A DNA stretch of 37,580 nucleotides from Octopus bimaculoides. Lineage: Eukaryota. A model generated the notes under the pieces. The model was not told where the DNA came from. It was given only the letters and a program-made list of their open reading frames with translations, and searched no databases. The stretch lies in NCBI RefSeq assembly GCF_001194135.2, contig NC_068990.1, positions 3,239,466 through 3,277,045 on the forward strand, written 5' to 3'. Position 1 is the stretch's first letter. Every line of letters starts with the position of its first letter. The translations under genes were made by a program, and so were the position numbers. Shown here in pieces: positions 1 through 12,267 of the stretch.

Positions 1-508
1 AGATGCATACATACATATATACATACATACATGCATACGGTAACATCGATAGACACATATATAGTTAGATAGAATTTAACAGAGAAAGCGACATTGATAT
101 ATATCTATATACATAAATATGTGTGTATGTAACATGAATGTATATAGATGCTAACAACATTATGAACCTAACCCAATCCGCATGCAAAGCACACAAAAAC
201 ACACAACTGATAAACACACACACACGCAAATGCAAGATCACGCACATATATACATGCATATCAAAAAAATATGTATGTGTGTGCGCGTAGATAGATAGAC
301 AGATGGATAGCCAGACAGACAGATAAAAAGGTTGAAAGACAGACGGCTGACAGACAGATAGACAGACAGATAGGAAGAAAGATAGATAGATAAATTTATT
401 GATAGATAAATAGATAGGAAGTTAGATAAATAGATCTATAGACAGAGGAAAGACAGATAGATATTCTTAGGTCTCATAAATACATACATGTGTGTGTGTG
501 TGAGTGTA

Positions 509-540
<32 letters not shown>

Positions 541-600
541 CGTACTTGCAGACATAATATATAGTTACACATATATAAGCAAGCACCAAACACACTGCTA
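1..600. repeat. Mosaic simple repeats (TACA, GATA/GACA, TG)
   Basis: Directly visible di- and tetranucleotide runs. Confidence 0.9.
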
Positions 601-2102
601 TGTATGTGTGTCTGTGTAGTTATATATTTAAACGAACGCGTCTATCATTAATCACTGTCTATTTCACAGTTATTTCATTCATTCATCTGCTCTTTCTTTC
701 ACTCGTTTTCTCGTTTACCCATTCAGTTATTCGTTCATTCCGTCGCCTGCTCATTCTCTTATTCCTTCATCCATTCGCTCCATCATTTTACTGTTTGTTC
801 GTTTGGACGGCGGCTTTATAGGACTACAGCATAATACCATACTCATCGATACTCACGCAAATGCGCGCACATACACTACACCGTCAAATCGCACGTGCAA
901 ACATACACACATCGCATGTGCAGACACATATTCACGCACTTACGGACGCACATACATATACACACCTGAACAGAGAAACAGCAAATAACTTATATCCATC
1001 CATATAAATATATATATACATAAATATATATATATAAGTGTGTGTGCGTATGTGTGTGTGTGTATCTGTGTGTCTGCGTGTGTACAGTATTTACTCTTGT
1101 AAAATGTACGATATTTAGAACAAAATAGTTATTTTCAAAAATGTGGAAATTTTACTTGATAAAGGGATACAAATATTAGGGATGTTTAGGTCTGAAGGTT
1201 GGGGTTAACGTTATCTCTCATAGCATTTTACACGTGTATTTTACACATAAATACATACATTCATACACATACACATACACCCGTATATATCTCTTTACAC
1301 ACATGTACAAACATACATCTCTGTTTACAGCCGTATTCTACATACATATAAATATACATACAAATACATTCACTCTCACACACACACGCACTTACACTCA
1401 CACGTAGACAAACATACAGACACACACATACATAATACATACATACAGAAAGACAGACAGACAGACAGACAGATATGAACAGACGACATAATAGGAAATG
1501 CGGAAATATATGCTCGTCCGAGTCAAAGTGAAAGAAATATCAAAAGTAATTGAAGCAACAGCGAGGGTAAAGGACAACTACAACAATAACAAGACATATT
1601 ACTAACGGAAAGAACATCCTTAACTTCATCACAGCACCAATAGCCACAAGTGTAATAACAACAACAACAACACAATGTTATTTTGCCGGTAATTTCACTG
1701 CCATGTGATCTAAGAAACTATGGAAGGCTTGAATATGAGTTTGTTACTATATCTCACAACCTTTCAACATGTTGCTGTTTGCTAGCGCTGCGGTGTAATA
1801 AGCAACTCCTGGAGAATTCCCCGCGTTCTCAACAGACAACCAACCGCTATTTCCCACTTTCTCTCTCTCTCTCTCCCTCTCTCTCTTTTCTTACTCTGTC
1901 TTTCGTTCCTTTTCTGTATCTTTCATTCCTCCTCCTCCCCTCTCTCTCCTTCTCTCCCTCATACAGACGCTATCCTTTTTTCGGCGCTCTTTTTATCTTT
2001 CTGTCGTTCATTTTTCTACATCTGACTTATTTGCCTTCATTTTGTTTTTGCCTTTTTTAAAAAAATATATTCATTATTTATTTGTTTGTTTATTCATGTA
2101 TG

Positions 2103-2143
2103 TTCATTCATTCATTCATTCATTCATTCATTCATTCATTCAT
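2103..2143. repeat. (TCAT)n microsatellite
   Basis: About 10 tandem TCAT units. Confidence 0.95.
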
Positions 2144-2145
2144 TA

Positions 2146-2767
2146 TCAGTCATCGACCGCCCCGCTACCTGTCTAACCTCCGCAAACTTCTCCGCACGTT
2201 ATTCCAGGAACAGCACCACTACCACCAGCAACAACAACAACAGCCAACACACCTCCCACATTCCGTTACACGCTACAATCAACTAGCCAATCCAACATAA
2301 CGAACGCATCTCACTAACAAAGAACAACACACATCTACACATACACACACACACGCACATACACACGCATACACACATACATACATATATATATATATAT
2401 GTATATATATAAAAATATATATCCATAAATATATATATAAATACATATATATATATATATATACATACATATATATACATATGTGTACGCACGTCCGTAT
2501 GTGTGTGTGTGTGTGTGTGTATACATGTACATGTCCGTGCATACACATATGCATGCTCGCAGTATATTTACACAACATACTACAACTATCTTTCGGAAAT
2601 CGTCTCAGCAACACGCACGAATGGAAACCACTTTGTATGCATTGATGTAGTAAAAACAAAACAACGACAGCAATTTTAACCGCGAGACTGGCAAATTTTA
2701 TTTCTTATCCACTTTATATCGTATTGCAATATTTATTTTAAATACACTCAAGTACATAAATACATAC

Positions 2768-2811
<44 letters not shown>

Positions 2812-2999
2812 ATATATATATACATATAGTCGTTATCACAACGAGAAGTGAACAAAATATAAACTCAACTAGAATAATAAAAAAAAAAAAATTAAAAACC
2901 TTATATACACGGAGCATTTAGTCGTTTTCCTAGAGACGAATGTAACTCATTTTTCTGCTACTGGTCTCTTTTTAAAACAAAACATTATAAACGGTAAGT
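2146..2999 (+). promoter_or_regulatory. Possible initiator (TCAGTC) and 5' non-coding exon ending at a consensus splice donor
   Basis: TCAGTC at 2146-2151; CpG-containing unique sequence around it; ACG|GTAAGT donor at 2994. No transcript evidence. Confidence 0.25.
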
Positions 3000-3135
3000 A
3001 CAGTTTAATGTTTGTTTATTTTTGTCCAGAAATATCTCACTTTCACGCCGTGTTTTCATTGATTATATCACTGTTGTAATTGCTAATTACAATTATTATT
3101 AGTAGTAGTATTTACTAGTTTTAGAAACGCCTATG

Positions 3136-3136
<1 letters not shown>

Positions 3137-3191
<55 letters not shown>

Positions 3192-3212
3192 CATCATTAT
3201 TATTATTATTAC
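3137..3212. repeat. (ATT)n microsatellite
   Basis: Direct. Confidence 0.95.
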
Positions 3213-3228
3213 TATTGTGTTCGCATTT

Positions 3229-3375
3229 CGCCGAGGTTGACTTTGCCCTTCATCCTTTCGGCGTCGATTAAAATAAGTACCAGTTTAGCACTGGTGTCGA
3301 TGCAATCGAATTATCTTCTCCCCAGTAAATTGCTGGTCTTGTGCCAAAATATGAAACCATCATCATCATCATCAT
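3229..3375 (+). mobile_element. SINE family A, 5'-truncated copy
   Basis: gccgaggttgactttgcccttcatcctttcgg...taagtaccag...gtcgatgcaatcga aligns to the fuller copy at 5764; (CAT)n tail. Confidence 0.8.
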
Positions 3376-3387
3376 TGTTATACTTAA

Positions 3388-3555
3388 AGGTATTTCGCGC
3401 GTCGTTACATTCCGAGCTCAAATACTGCCTAGGTCGATTTTGCCTTTCACCCTGTCGGTTTCGATAAATTAAGTATCAGTGACATACTGAGGGTCGATGT
3501 AATCGACGAGTTCCCTCCCCCAAAATTTCATACCTTGTGCCTTTAGTAGAAAGGC

Positions 3556-3634
<79 letters not shown>
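3388..3634 (+). mobile_element. SINE family A copy with long (ATT)n tail running into a gap
   Basis: Aligns to the 5764 copy (ggtcgattttgcctttca...gtcgatgtaatcgac...ccttgtgcctttagtagaaagg); (ATT)n from about 3557 to 3634. Confidence 0.85.
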
Positions 3635-4318
3635 NNNNNNNNNNNNNNNNNNNNNNNNNNNNNNNNNNNNNNNNNNNNNNNNNNNNNNNNNNNNNNNNNN
3701 NNNNNNNNNNNNNNNNNNNNNNNNNNNNNNNNNNNNNNNNNNNNNNNNNNNNNNNNNNNNNNNNNNNNNNNNNNNNNNNNNNNNNNNNNNNNNNNNNNNN
3801 NNNNNNNNNNNNNNNNNNNNNNNNNNNNNNNNNNNNNNNNNNNNNNNNNNNNNNNNNNNNNNNNNNNNNNNNNNNNNNNNNNNNNNNNNNNNNNNNNNNN
3901 NNNNNNNNNNNNNNNNNNNNNNNNNNNNNNNNNNNNNNNNNNNNNNNNNNNNNNNNNNNNNNNNNNNNNNNNNNNNNNNNNNNNNNNNNNNNNNNNNNNN
4001 NNNNNNNNNNNNNNNNNNNNNNNNNNNNNNNNNNNNNNNNNNNNNNNNNNNNNNNNNNNNNNNNNNNNNNNNNNNNNNNNNNNNNNNNNNNNNNNNNNNN
4101 NNNNNNNNNNNNNNNNNNNNNNNNNNNNNNNNNNNNNNNNNNNNNNNNNNNNNNNNNNNNNNNNNNNNNNNNNNNNNNNNNNNNNNNNNNNNNNNNNNNN
4201 NNNNNNNNNNNNNNNNNNNNNNNNNNNNNNNNNNNNNNNNNNNNNNNNNNNNNNNNNNNNNNNNNNNNNNNNNNNNNNNNNNNNNNNNNNNNNNNNNNNN
4301 NNNNNNNNNNNNNNNNNN
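3635..4318. other. Assembly gap
   Basis: N run. Confidence 1.
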
Positions 4319-4722
4319 ACGCATATATATATATATACGCATGTATGTATGTATGTATGTATATATCTGTGTGTTGTAGAAGCAATAGATTTTCTTTCAG
4401 ATATGTTGTCTTGAAAACACGATCCCGATCTAGTTTTTATCGTATATTTTATCAAGGTTATTTCTCTGTACGTGTGTGTATGTATGCTGGTTTGCGTGAA
4501 TATAACTCTGCATGCATATGTGCATGTGTTTTGCTTTTATTTTATGGTCTAAAATAACTAGCAAGGTACTATACTATTTGAAAACAGAACTTTATCATAT
4601 AAAAACAAACAGTAAAGGTTCATAGGAAAATATTAAAGAAAGAACAGCATTGATACTAGAGCACGTACGTGTTTTCAATAAGGCATACAGACACGAGTGA
4701 CTGCCTATAAGAATATGTAGTC

Positions 4723-4767
4723 AGATAAATAGATAGATGGAGTGATAGATAGAAAGAGATAGATAGA

Positions 4768-4811
<44 letters not shown>

Positions 4812-4856
4812 AATGCATCTAGACTGTAAGAAAGACAGATAGAAAGCGAGAGGGCG

Positions 4857-4910
<54 letters not shown>

Positions 4911-5043
4911 CTGGACAAACAAGCAGTGACAGTCACACAGGCAGATGGATAGTTAGATAGATAGACAAACTGATGAAAACACATATAGACCGATATATGG
5001 ATAGACAGAGAGAGAGAGAGAGATGGAGAGAGAGAAAGAGAGA

Positions 5044-5074
<31 letters not shown>

Positions 5075-5075
5075 A
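4723..5075. repeat. (GATA)n/(GA)n compound microsatellite
   Basis: Direct. Confidence 0.9.
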
Positions 5076-5195
5076 CCGATAGAGCGAAACCTACAAACAC
5101 GCAGACAGGCCGGCAGACAGACGGATAGAGAGGCCGAGGGATAGTTAAATAAATAGATAGACGGACATATGCTTACGTACTTATGATTAATCTCA

Positions 5196-5247
5196 TGTGT
5201 GTGTGTATGTGTGCGTGTATGTGTGTGTGTGTTTGTGTGTGTGTGTT

Positions 5248-5308
<61 letters not shown>

Positions 5309-5465
5309 AAGGGTGACTTTTTCTGTGTGAATATTTATATACGAGCGAATATGATTGTGTTCTCACGAAATGTATATTTGTGTGTGACTTTTCGTTTTTC
5401 CTTATATATTATGTGTGTGTGTGTGTGTGTGTGTGTGAGTGTGTGTGTGTGTGTATGTGTGTGTG
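5196..5465. repeat. (TG)n microsatellites
   Basis: Direct. Confidence 0.9.
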
Positions 5466-5763
5466 TAAATTGTGTTTTGTGTTTGAATTTACGTAGCTGT
5501 ACGCGCACGCACACACAACGACCCCGGCCTCCCCCTACAAACCCACACAAGTGCATGTACGCACAGCCGTACACACACACACACACTATATACACATATA
5601 TATTTGTGCGTGTATAGATGTATGCATGTCTTGCGTGTGCTTTGCATGTGTGTGTGAGGGGGTGTATGTACTCGCCTTACTTTGTTTATGCGCTTTCATT
5701 GTAATGCTTGTGTTTTAATGCTTTCATTTATTGTTGCTGGTGTTGTTGTTGTTGTCATTTGAT

Positions 5764-6002
5764 GGTGAGCTGGCAGAATAGTTAGCACGCTGTCTAAAAT
5801 GCATAGCGAAATTTCGTCCGTCTTGACGTTCTGAGTTCAAATTCCGCCGAGGTCGACTTCGTCTTTCATCCTTTCGGGGTTGATTAAAGTACCAGTTACG
5901 CATTGGGGTCGATGTAATCGACTAAATCCTCTCCCCCAAACTTGTGGCCTTGTGTTTCCATTAGAAGGGACTATTATTATGATTATTATGTTTATTATTA
6001 TT
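5764..6002 (+). mobile_element. tRNA-derived SINE family A, near full length
   Basis: Pol III A-box-like tggcagaatagt, B-box-like gagttcaaattcc, body shared with several other copies in the window, ATT-rich tail. Confidence 0.9.
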
Positions 6003-6277
6003 TTACCCTCGGTGAGTCGAACAATCTCTAGCCTTGGTAATTTATTGGAATGAATTTTCACATCTAAGTCCATATACAATCAGGTTTGATTATACTAACG
6101 TCCTTCTGAGGGTGGAGGTGAGGAGTGAAATAAAATTAAGAATCAATAAAAGTACTGACAAAAATCGATCTCACTGACAAGAACTGGCACTCACCAAAAT
6201 TTATGCTATTGTACTTTTTTAATTATTATTATTATTGCAGATTATTGTTAACAACAAAATCAACAACAAAACAACAA

Positions 6278-6486
6278 CTATAATAATAATTGATTTTGGC
6301 ACAAGGTTCATAATGACGTGTTATTTGATGATATTCACCCGAGTATTTCACGGATACTTTTCTTACTACTCCGAAGGGATGAAAAGGAAAGTTGACCTCG
6401 ACGCATTTGAACACAGAACATAAAGAAACAGAATATTGCTAAGCATTTTGCCTGACGCGCTAACGATTCTGCCAGCTCACCACCTT
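6278..6486 (-). mobile_element. SINE family A, inverted copy
   Basis: ccgaagggatgaaaaggaaagttgacctcg...gctaacgattctgccagctcacc is the reverse complement of the 5764 copy's head and body. Confidence 0.88.
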
Positions 6487-6583
6487 AACAACAAGATCAA
6501 GAAAATGATTTCCTAATAATAATAATAATAATAATAATATTAATAATAATAATAATCTTTGTATTATATTCTATTTCTTTCGC

Positions 6584-6930
6584 GCCAAGTTCGATTTTAC
6601 CTTTCATCATTTCGGTTTCAATAAAATAATTATCAGTCGGAAACTGGGGTTGATGTAATCAATTAGCACTTCTCTCGAAATTTCAGATTTTTTAGTAGAA
6701 AGAATTATTTCTTATTCCATTCGAAGTTCATTTCCCGCGCAGGGCAGCTTTATTTTTTTTCCTTCCTGGGTCGGTGAAATAAAGTACCAGATACGTTCCG
6801 GGATCCCACTCCAAATCGTTCGCCTTTGAGTTTAAATCAAGGGTCGTTCTGATCATTATTATCTTCTCCAGCGTTTTATGTTCTGAGTTCATATCCCGCT
6901 AGAGTCAAGTTTGCCTTTCACCCATTCGGG
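6584..6930 (+). mobile_element. Three diverged SINE family A fragments (about 6584, 6725, 6868)
   Basis: Recurring degenerate tttgcctttcatcctttcggggt and taagtaccag motifs. Confidence 0.65.
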
Positions 6931-7489
6931 GTATCAGCTTCAAGAAGCATGAAGCAAGCACAAGTGTCCATGAACCCAACACCTCTTAAAATTGATGGGC
7001 CTTGTACCTACATGAGATACCATAAATGTCATTATTGATTCCTTAGAACATGTATGTTTATCATTTATACATGTATTTCACTAAAATTTACAATAATTTT
7101 TTTTTAATTATCATATTTATGTAGAAGTTCAATGTGTTACTAACCGACATCATATCACTTATGTTATACGTTGTACTACACACACACATATATGTGTATT
7201 AATGGGAGTGCACGTTCGTCCGTGTTTGGAATTGTATCTATGTTTATTTATTATACTTATATAATTTGTATTCGGTATATGTATTTTTTGTATATATACG
7301 TTCAGAAATGTGCAAAAGTATGTAACTATAAACGCACACACATATTCACCCATACATACACAAGCATGCACGAACAAATGCAGTCAGATATAAATACTTG
7401 CATATGTGTTTGTGCATATATGTATAAATACATATATATATAAACAGGAATATGGGCATTTATGTATACACACTCATATAATGTGTGTG

Positions 7490-7493
7490 TATA

Positions 7494-7552
<59 letters not shown>
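7490..7552. repeat. (TA)n microsatellite
   Basis: Direct. Confidence 0.95.
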
Positions 7553-7559
<7 letters not shown>

Positions 7560-8699
7560 AGAATGTGTGGATATATATATATATGCACAAACATGCATAT
7601 AAACATAGACGTGTTTGTGTGCGTGCATATGTATTCGTAATAGATGGGGTACCGCATGTGTTTATGACATTCGATACTTCAGACAGCAAGTTTGTTCTTG
7701 CACGCTCTGTAGAGTATTCTATTTGGGTTTTTCAGCAAAGGATTATGTCAGAAAGGCATGGTAGCCTCAGCATCTCCTTTGATTATCCTAAAAGCATTCG
7801 GAGACATGCAGCCTATTTATAGATTCTTAACAATAGTCTTTGTTTCTGTTTTTATTTATTTATTCATGTCTTTTATCACAGTTCCTTGCGTGCATGCCGG
7901 TGATGAGAGCAGAATTCCGATTCTGACTTTCTCGCCAAGTCTTAAAACAGAGAGATATATATCTATATATATCTCGTTTCCATATATCAACTCTATTTCA
8001 AAGCTGTATAGTGTCACTTGTTGTATGTATGACTGCTATTTTTAGTTGAATGTGTTACCATGTTAAAGCTCTCCTTTTATTCTTTTTTTTATTTATTTTT
8101 GCATTTCATTTGTTGTTTTCTAGTTGTAATATCTATTTTGAAAGCTGAGTGTCTTGAAACATAGCGAGAGAATAACTACCAAGCTATAGCAATTGTTATT
8201 GTGTAGCTAGAGGTCAATCTTCGTCAAGGAGCACTATAATTATAGACAGTCCACCCATGCCCATCCAGTCTTTATGCAGAATCTTATCTAATGTGTCTCC
8301 TTTGTCATATTTAAAACCAAACTTGTTGAGTATGAATTTGAGAGAGATTTAGCTGTTATTTGTAGTAGAGCAAGCGACAACATACTTGTTCCCCGCTTTC
8401 TTGATGATGAGAGAGAAAGTAGTCACTAATCCTGTTTCACCTCCTGATATTACTTGATTTCTCTTTCACTAACGTTACAACTGCTTCAGTGTAAAGTATG
8501 GATGGATAGTAGTGACACTACTTCTCACTAACTGTGCATGTTGCAAAAACTTTCCCCGAGGTAAGAATAGTAGCGTTTGAATAAAGACTATTTTCATTGA
8601 CCGAATATTTCCCGATATGGAAATCTATAGTTATAATAATTATTATTATTGTTGTTGTCATGGTTGTTGTTGTTATTGATGATAATGATGTTTATTCAA

Positions 8700-8820
8700 T
8701 CTTGCCGGCGCCAGCTTTGCCTTTAATCCTGTCGTAGTCGATAAAATGAAGTCCCAGTGAAATATTGGGGCAGATTTCATCGAATAACCCTGCCAACCCT
8801 CGAACTTTTGACCCATTGTC
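8700..8820 (+). mobile_element. Old SINE family A fragment
   Basis: agctttgcctttaatcctgtcgtagtcgataaaatgaagtcccag matches the family A body. Confidence 0.65.
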
Positions 8821-8879
8821 TATACATTACAAACAACGGCTTTGCCTTTCACACGAATGCATAGACACAAAGCGTCGCA

Positions 8880-8914
<35 letters not shown>

Positions 8915-9104
8915 TTGTATGTAGTTATATATAGATACATACACGCAAACATATATGTATGTATGTACGTGTGTATATATATATATGTATTTATGTATGC
9001 ATGTATGTTTGCATATATGCACGTATGGTTGTATGTATGCGTGAGTGTAAGCCTTTCGGCAATTCCGTTCCTATTATCTTTTTTCTTTCTTTCTAACTCT
9101 CTGT

Positions 9105-9258
9105 AGGTTCCGTGTTCAAATCCCGCTGAGATCATTTTTGCTTTTCATCCTTTCGGAGTCAATAACATCAGTGCCAGTGAGCTACTGAGATTCAAAGTAA
9201 TCAACTCACCCCACACTCTCCAATATTACTGGCCTTGGGCCAAACATTTGAAACAATT
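9105..9258 (+). mobile_element. Old SINE family A fragment
   Basis: gttcaaatcccgctgagatcatttttgcttttcatcctttcggagtc...ctggccttgggccaaacatttgaaac. Confidence 0.7.
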
Positions 9259-10010
9259 ACTATTTTTGCCGAGTGGCGCGGATAATTTCTCAAATAGCGG
9301 TTCATCGACATTCGTGATCTACATCAATCAACATCACCACCTCCAACATCATCATCATCATAGTCGTCGCCATTGTCATTGTCATCATCATCATCGCCAT
9401 CGTAGTTGTCGTTGTCGTCGTCGTTATGGCGATCGCTGCCACCGCAATCATTATAAGCACGGTCATCGTTATTCTCCATGTTAACGTTAGTAATTACATC
9501 AGCTTCATAATTATTTTCTATATATTAGTACTTACACCCACATATGTCCATATGTATGCGCGCGCGAACACGTGTGCGTGCGTGCGTTCGTGCGTGTGAG
9601 TGTGTGAGAAAGATAGAGAGTGTGTGCGTGTGTGTGCGTGGTGTTCTTTAGAAAGTTTATAAAACATCTTCAGACAACAACAGCATACAATTCTCCTCGT
9701 TAATTATAAATTAAAAAGTTACTGTGAAACAAGCAAATTTAGAGGATTTCTGTGGCTGAATTGCACAGCGCTTATTACAATTAAGGAAGATTCAGGTTCG
9801 AGTCCCAAGCGCATCTTTCAAAGCCAAGTCTGGTTTTATTCAGTTTCGGTTCAGCAAAATAAGGATTAGCTGTACATTGAGGCCGAGGTCATCGGCTTAC
9901 TCCCTCCCTTGCAATTGCTGGCCTTGTGCCAACATTTGAAACCTTTAGCAATGATATTATATGTATATATAATCGAAATTTTAACCATACATCGGACAAC
10001 CATGCCTGAC

Positions 10011-10055
<45 letters not shown>

Positions 10056-10149
10056 ACGCACGTACACATGTACACGCAGACCCGGATATTTGCGTATGAG
10101 AGGGTATATATGTATGAGTGCGTGTGTATATGCAAGAGCATATTAGTGT

Positions 10150-10485
10150 GTTGTATGTTTCAGAAGGTTCTTTCGCAATCACGTGGTTCCCGGTCTGATC
10201 TCGCTTTTCGGTTCAAGGAACTACGATACCAATACTGTATGAGTGTAATTTCATTGATGTGAACAGCGTAAATGATCGCCATGTATGAATGCATTCGTGT
10301 TTATCCTTACGTTTTGTATCTAAAAATTGCTATGGATTTTCATGGTGTCTGTTTTGGCCCCGTAAATCAGGGGTTCAATGAACTGATAATGATAAGTATG
10401 TACCAAGAGAAATAAGCGCTGGGATCGATATAAGATGAATCTTTGCAGGTGGGGTGCCAGCATTTCCAATGAATGAGACCAATAT
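10150..10485 (+). mobile_element. Old, highly diverged SINE family B copy
   Basis: Colinear patches matching the 10595 copy: caatcacgtggttcccgg, ccccgtaaatcaggggttc, aataagcgctgggatcgat, ggtggggtgccagcat. Confidence 0.55.
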
Positions 10486-10594
10486 ATTTGTATATACAGG
10501 GTGGCCCAAAAGTACGTTTACAGTGATCACGTAGGCACTTTAAATTTCTTTTAAAACATTTAATTATATTTAAATTTCTATAATTTCTATCATA

Positions 10595-10756
10595 GGTGCA
10601 GGAGTGGCTGTGTAGCAAGTAGCTTGCCTACCAACCACATGGTCCCGGGTTCAGTCCCATTGCGTGGCACCTTGGGCAAGTGTCTTCTACTATAGCCTCA
10701 GGCCGACCAAAGCCTTGTGAGTGGATTTGGTAGACGGAAACTGGAAGAAGCCCGTC

Positions 10757-10792
<36 letters not shown>

Positions 10793-11001
10793 ACCCGCCC
10801 CCAAGCATCGCTTGACAACCGATGCTGGTGTGTTTACGTCCCCCCGTAACTCAGCGGTTCGGCAAAAGAGACCGATGGAATAAGTACTAGGCTTACATAG
10901 AATAAGCTCTGGGGTCGATTTGCTCGACTATAAAGGCGGTGCTCCAGCATAACCGAAGTCAAATGACTGAAACAAGTAAAAGAGTAAAAGAGTAAAGAGT
11001 A
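10595..11001 (+). mobile_element. tRNA-derived SINE family B, full length and well preserved
   Basis: A-box-like tggctgtgtagc, B-box-like ggttcagtccc (10648-10658), ggcaccttgggcaagt segment resembling the CORE-SINE core, internal (TG)n, (GTAAAAGA)n tail, possible 7-nt TSD tatcata/tatctta. Confidence 0.92.
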
Positions 11002-11044
11002 TCTTACACTCATATTGTTTATGCACATCTTAAACTGACAATGT

Positions 11045-11395
11045 TTAATCTGTCAGATGCTCAAAATGTCTTCCTTTTACGTTGCAACATTCTTCAGACC
11101 TCTTTAGAACACTCTGACACACAGTGCGGCACAAATTCCGATCTCCATCAATTTCAGTGAATGTGTCAGATATGTAATCTTCTAATTCATTTACTGTTTT
11201 GGGATTCTTCTCATAAATCTTGTGCTTTAGAACACCCCCCACCAAAAAGAAATCTATTGGTGTTATGTCAGGTGAACGTGATGGCCGTTCGCTGCTGCAC
11301 GTCTTCCAAACCAACGCTGTGGAAAGACTTGGTTAAGGTACTCTCTTACTACCAACGCATAAAGTGGAGGTGCTACGTCTTGCTGAATAATGGGT
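11045..11395 (-). pseudogene. C-terminal DD41D transposase fragment, frameshifted
   Basis: QD.APPH-like and WP.RSPDLTP.DFFLWG-like motifs and terminal G.HFEHL motif typical of this transposase group. Confidence 0.85.
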
Positions 11396-11489
11396 TCATA
11401 TTTTTTTTATACTTAAAATCTAAACTGTTAATATATGAATACGACGAAAGGGGTGGTTGAATAATTGTAAATCTACTTTTGGGTTACCA

Positions 11490-11525
<36 letters not shown>

Positions 11526-11559
11526 ACCAAAAGTGAATTTTCAAAAATGGTTAATAGGG

Positions 11560-11846
11560 GTATATAATCGTAGCGGGTATCGTGCTCGATTTTATCGGTT
11601 AACAATGCTTATTAATCTCAGGGAATGTAGATAAATTTAGTTCAATTTACTATGCTCGGTTAATCCTCACTTTGCTAAATCCCAATGTCCTTATAAAGAC
11701 TGCATAGCGTCGGTAGAGAAATATAATACACTAATAAAGATGAGGAGAACGGAGGTTTACACATCTAAGTTTTGTCGTACAGTTAATCGTGATTAACTGT
11801 ATAATAAAACTTGGATATGCAAATCTCTGTTCTCCTCATCCTTATT
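11560..11846. mobile_element. Repeat family C, copy 1, with 56-bp-arm hairpin
   Basis: Colinear similarity to 24860-25187; arms 11733-11788 and 11791-11846 pair at 47 of 56 positions by hand alignment. Confidence 0.8.
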
Positions 11847-11848
11847 GA

Positions 11849-11904
<56 letters not shown>

Positions 11905-11914
11905 NNNNNNNNNN
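11905..11914. other. Assembly gap (10 N)
   Basis: N run. Confidence 1.
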
Positions 11915-12267
11915 ACATACATACATACATATATAATATATGTGTGTACGTGAGATATGAACGTGTCTAGGTGTGTATAAGTGCGTTGGTTTTTCGTGAG
12001 TTTTTGGGATTGCATTCTGAATCTATTATTCTTGTTTTGGAAACATGGTACAGCAAACTACTAGACCAACTTTACTAATTGAAGCAACTGTTAGTGGAAT
12101 GCATTTTTGCCGATTTCTTTCACTCAAGGCCCGAAAGTTCCGTTCATTTGTACTTATCAAGCCTAAGTGCCTCTTAGCAATTGAGTCAGTACCTCTTGGC
12201 CGCTGAGTCACTTTGTAGTAGTTCCTCACGATTGTTAATATCATACACGCTTATATATACGTATGGA

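Larger units (their letters stand above)
10497..11492 (-). mobile_element. Internally deleted Tc1/mariner element, DD41D (rosa/Visitor-like), interrupted by a SINE
   Basis: Left TIR TA|cagggtggcccaaaagtacgtttaca; right TIR reverse complement gatggtaacccaaaagtagatttaca. Minus strand reads QQDVAPPLYALVVREYLNQVFPQRWFGRRAA-(frameshift)-ERPSRSPDITPIDFFL...GRHFEHL. D-to-D spacing is 41 if the frameshift is a 1-nt deletion. Confidence 0.85.

Noticed and set aside
2082-2300. PolyQ/His ORF resembling a transcription factor segment
   Set aside because: Built on (TCAT)n and (CAA)n, stops quickly, no domain.
8130-8152. Resemblance to the 3' part of bantam miRNA (attttgaaagctga)
   Set aside because: Seed is absent and no precursor hairpin is evident.
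9248-9484. His/Arg/Cys-rich ORF resembling a metal-binding peptide
   Set aside because: Fully explained by a degenerate (CAT)/(CGT) trinucleotide tract with a TTG start in SINE sequence.
9752-9812. tRNA-like segment with ggttcgagtccc
   Set aside because: No cloverleaf could be formed; more likely a decayed SINE head.
11468-11540. Short inverted echo of the DD41D right TIR across a (TA)n run
   Set aside because: Only about 14 of 17 matches in AT-rich sequence; chance cannot be excluded.
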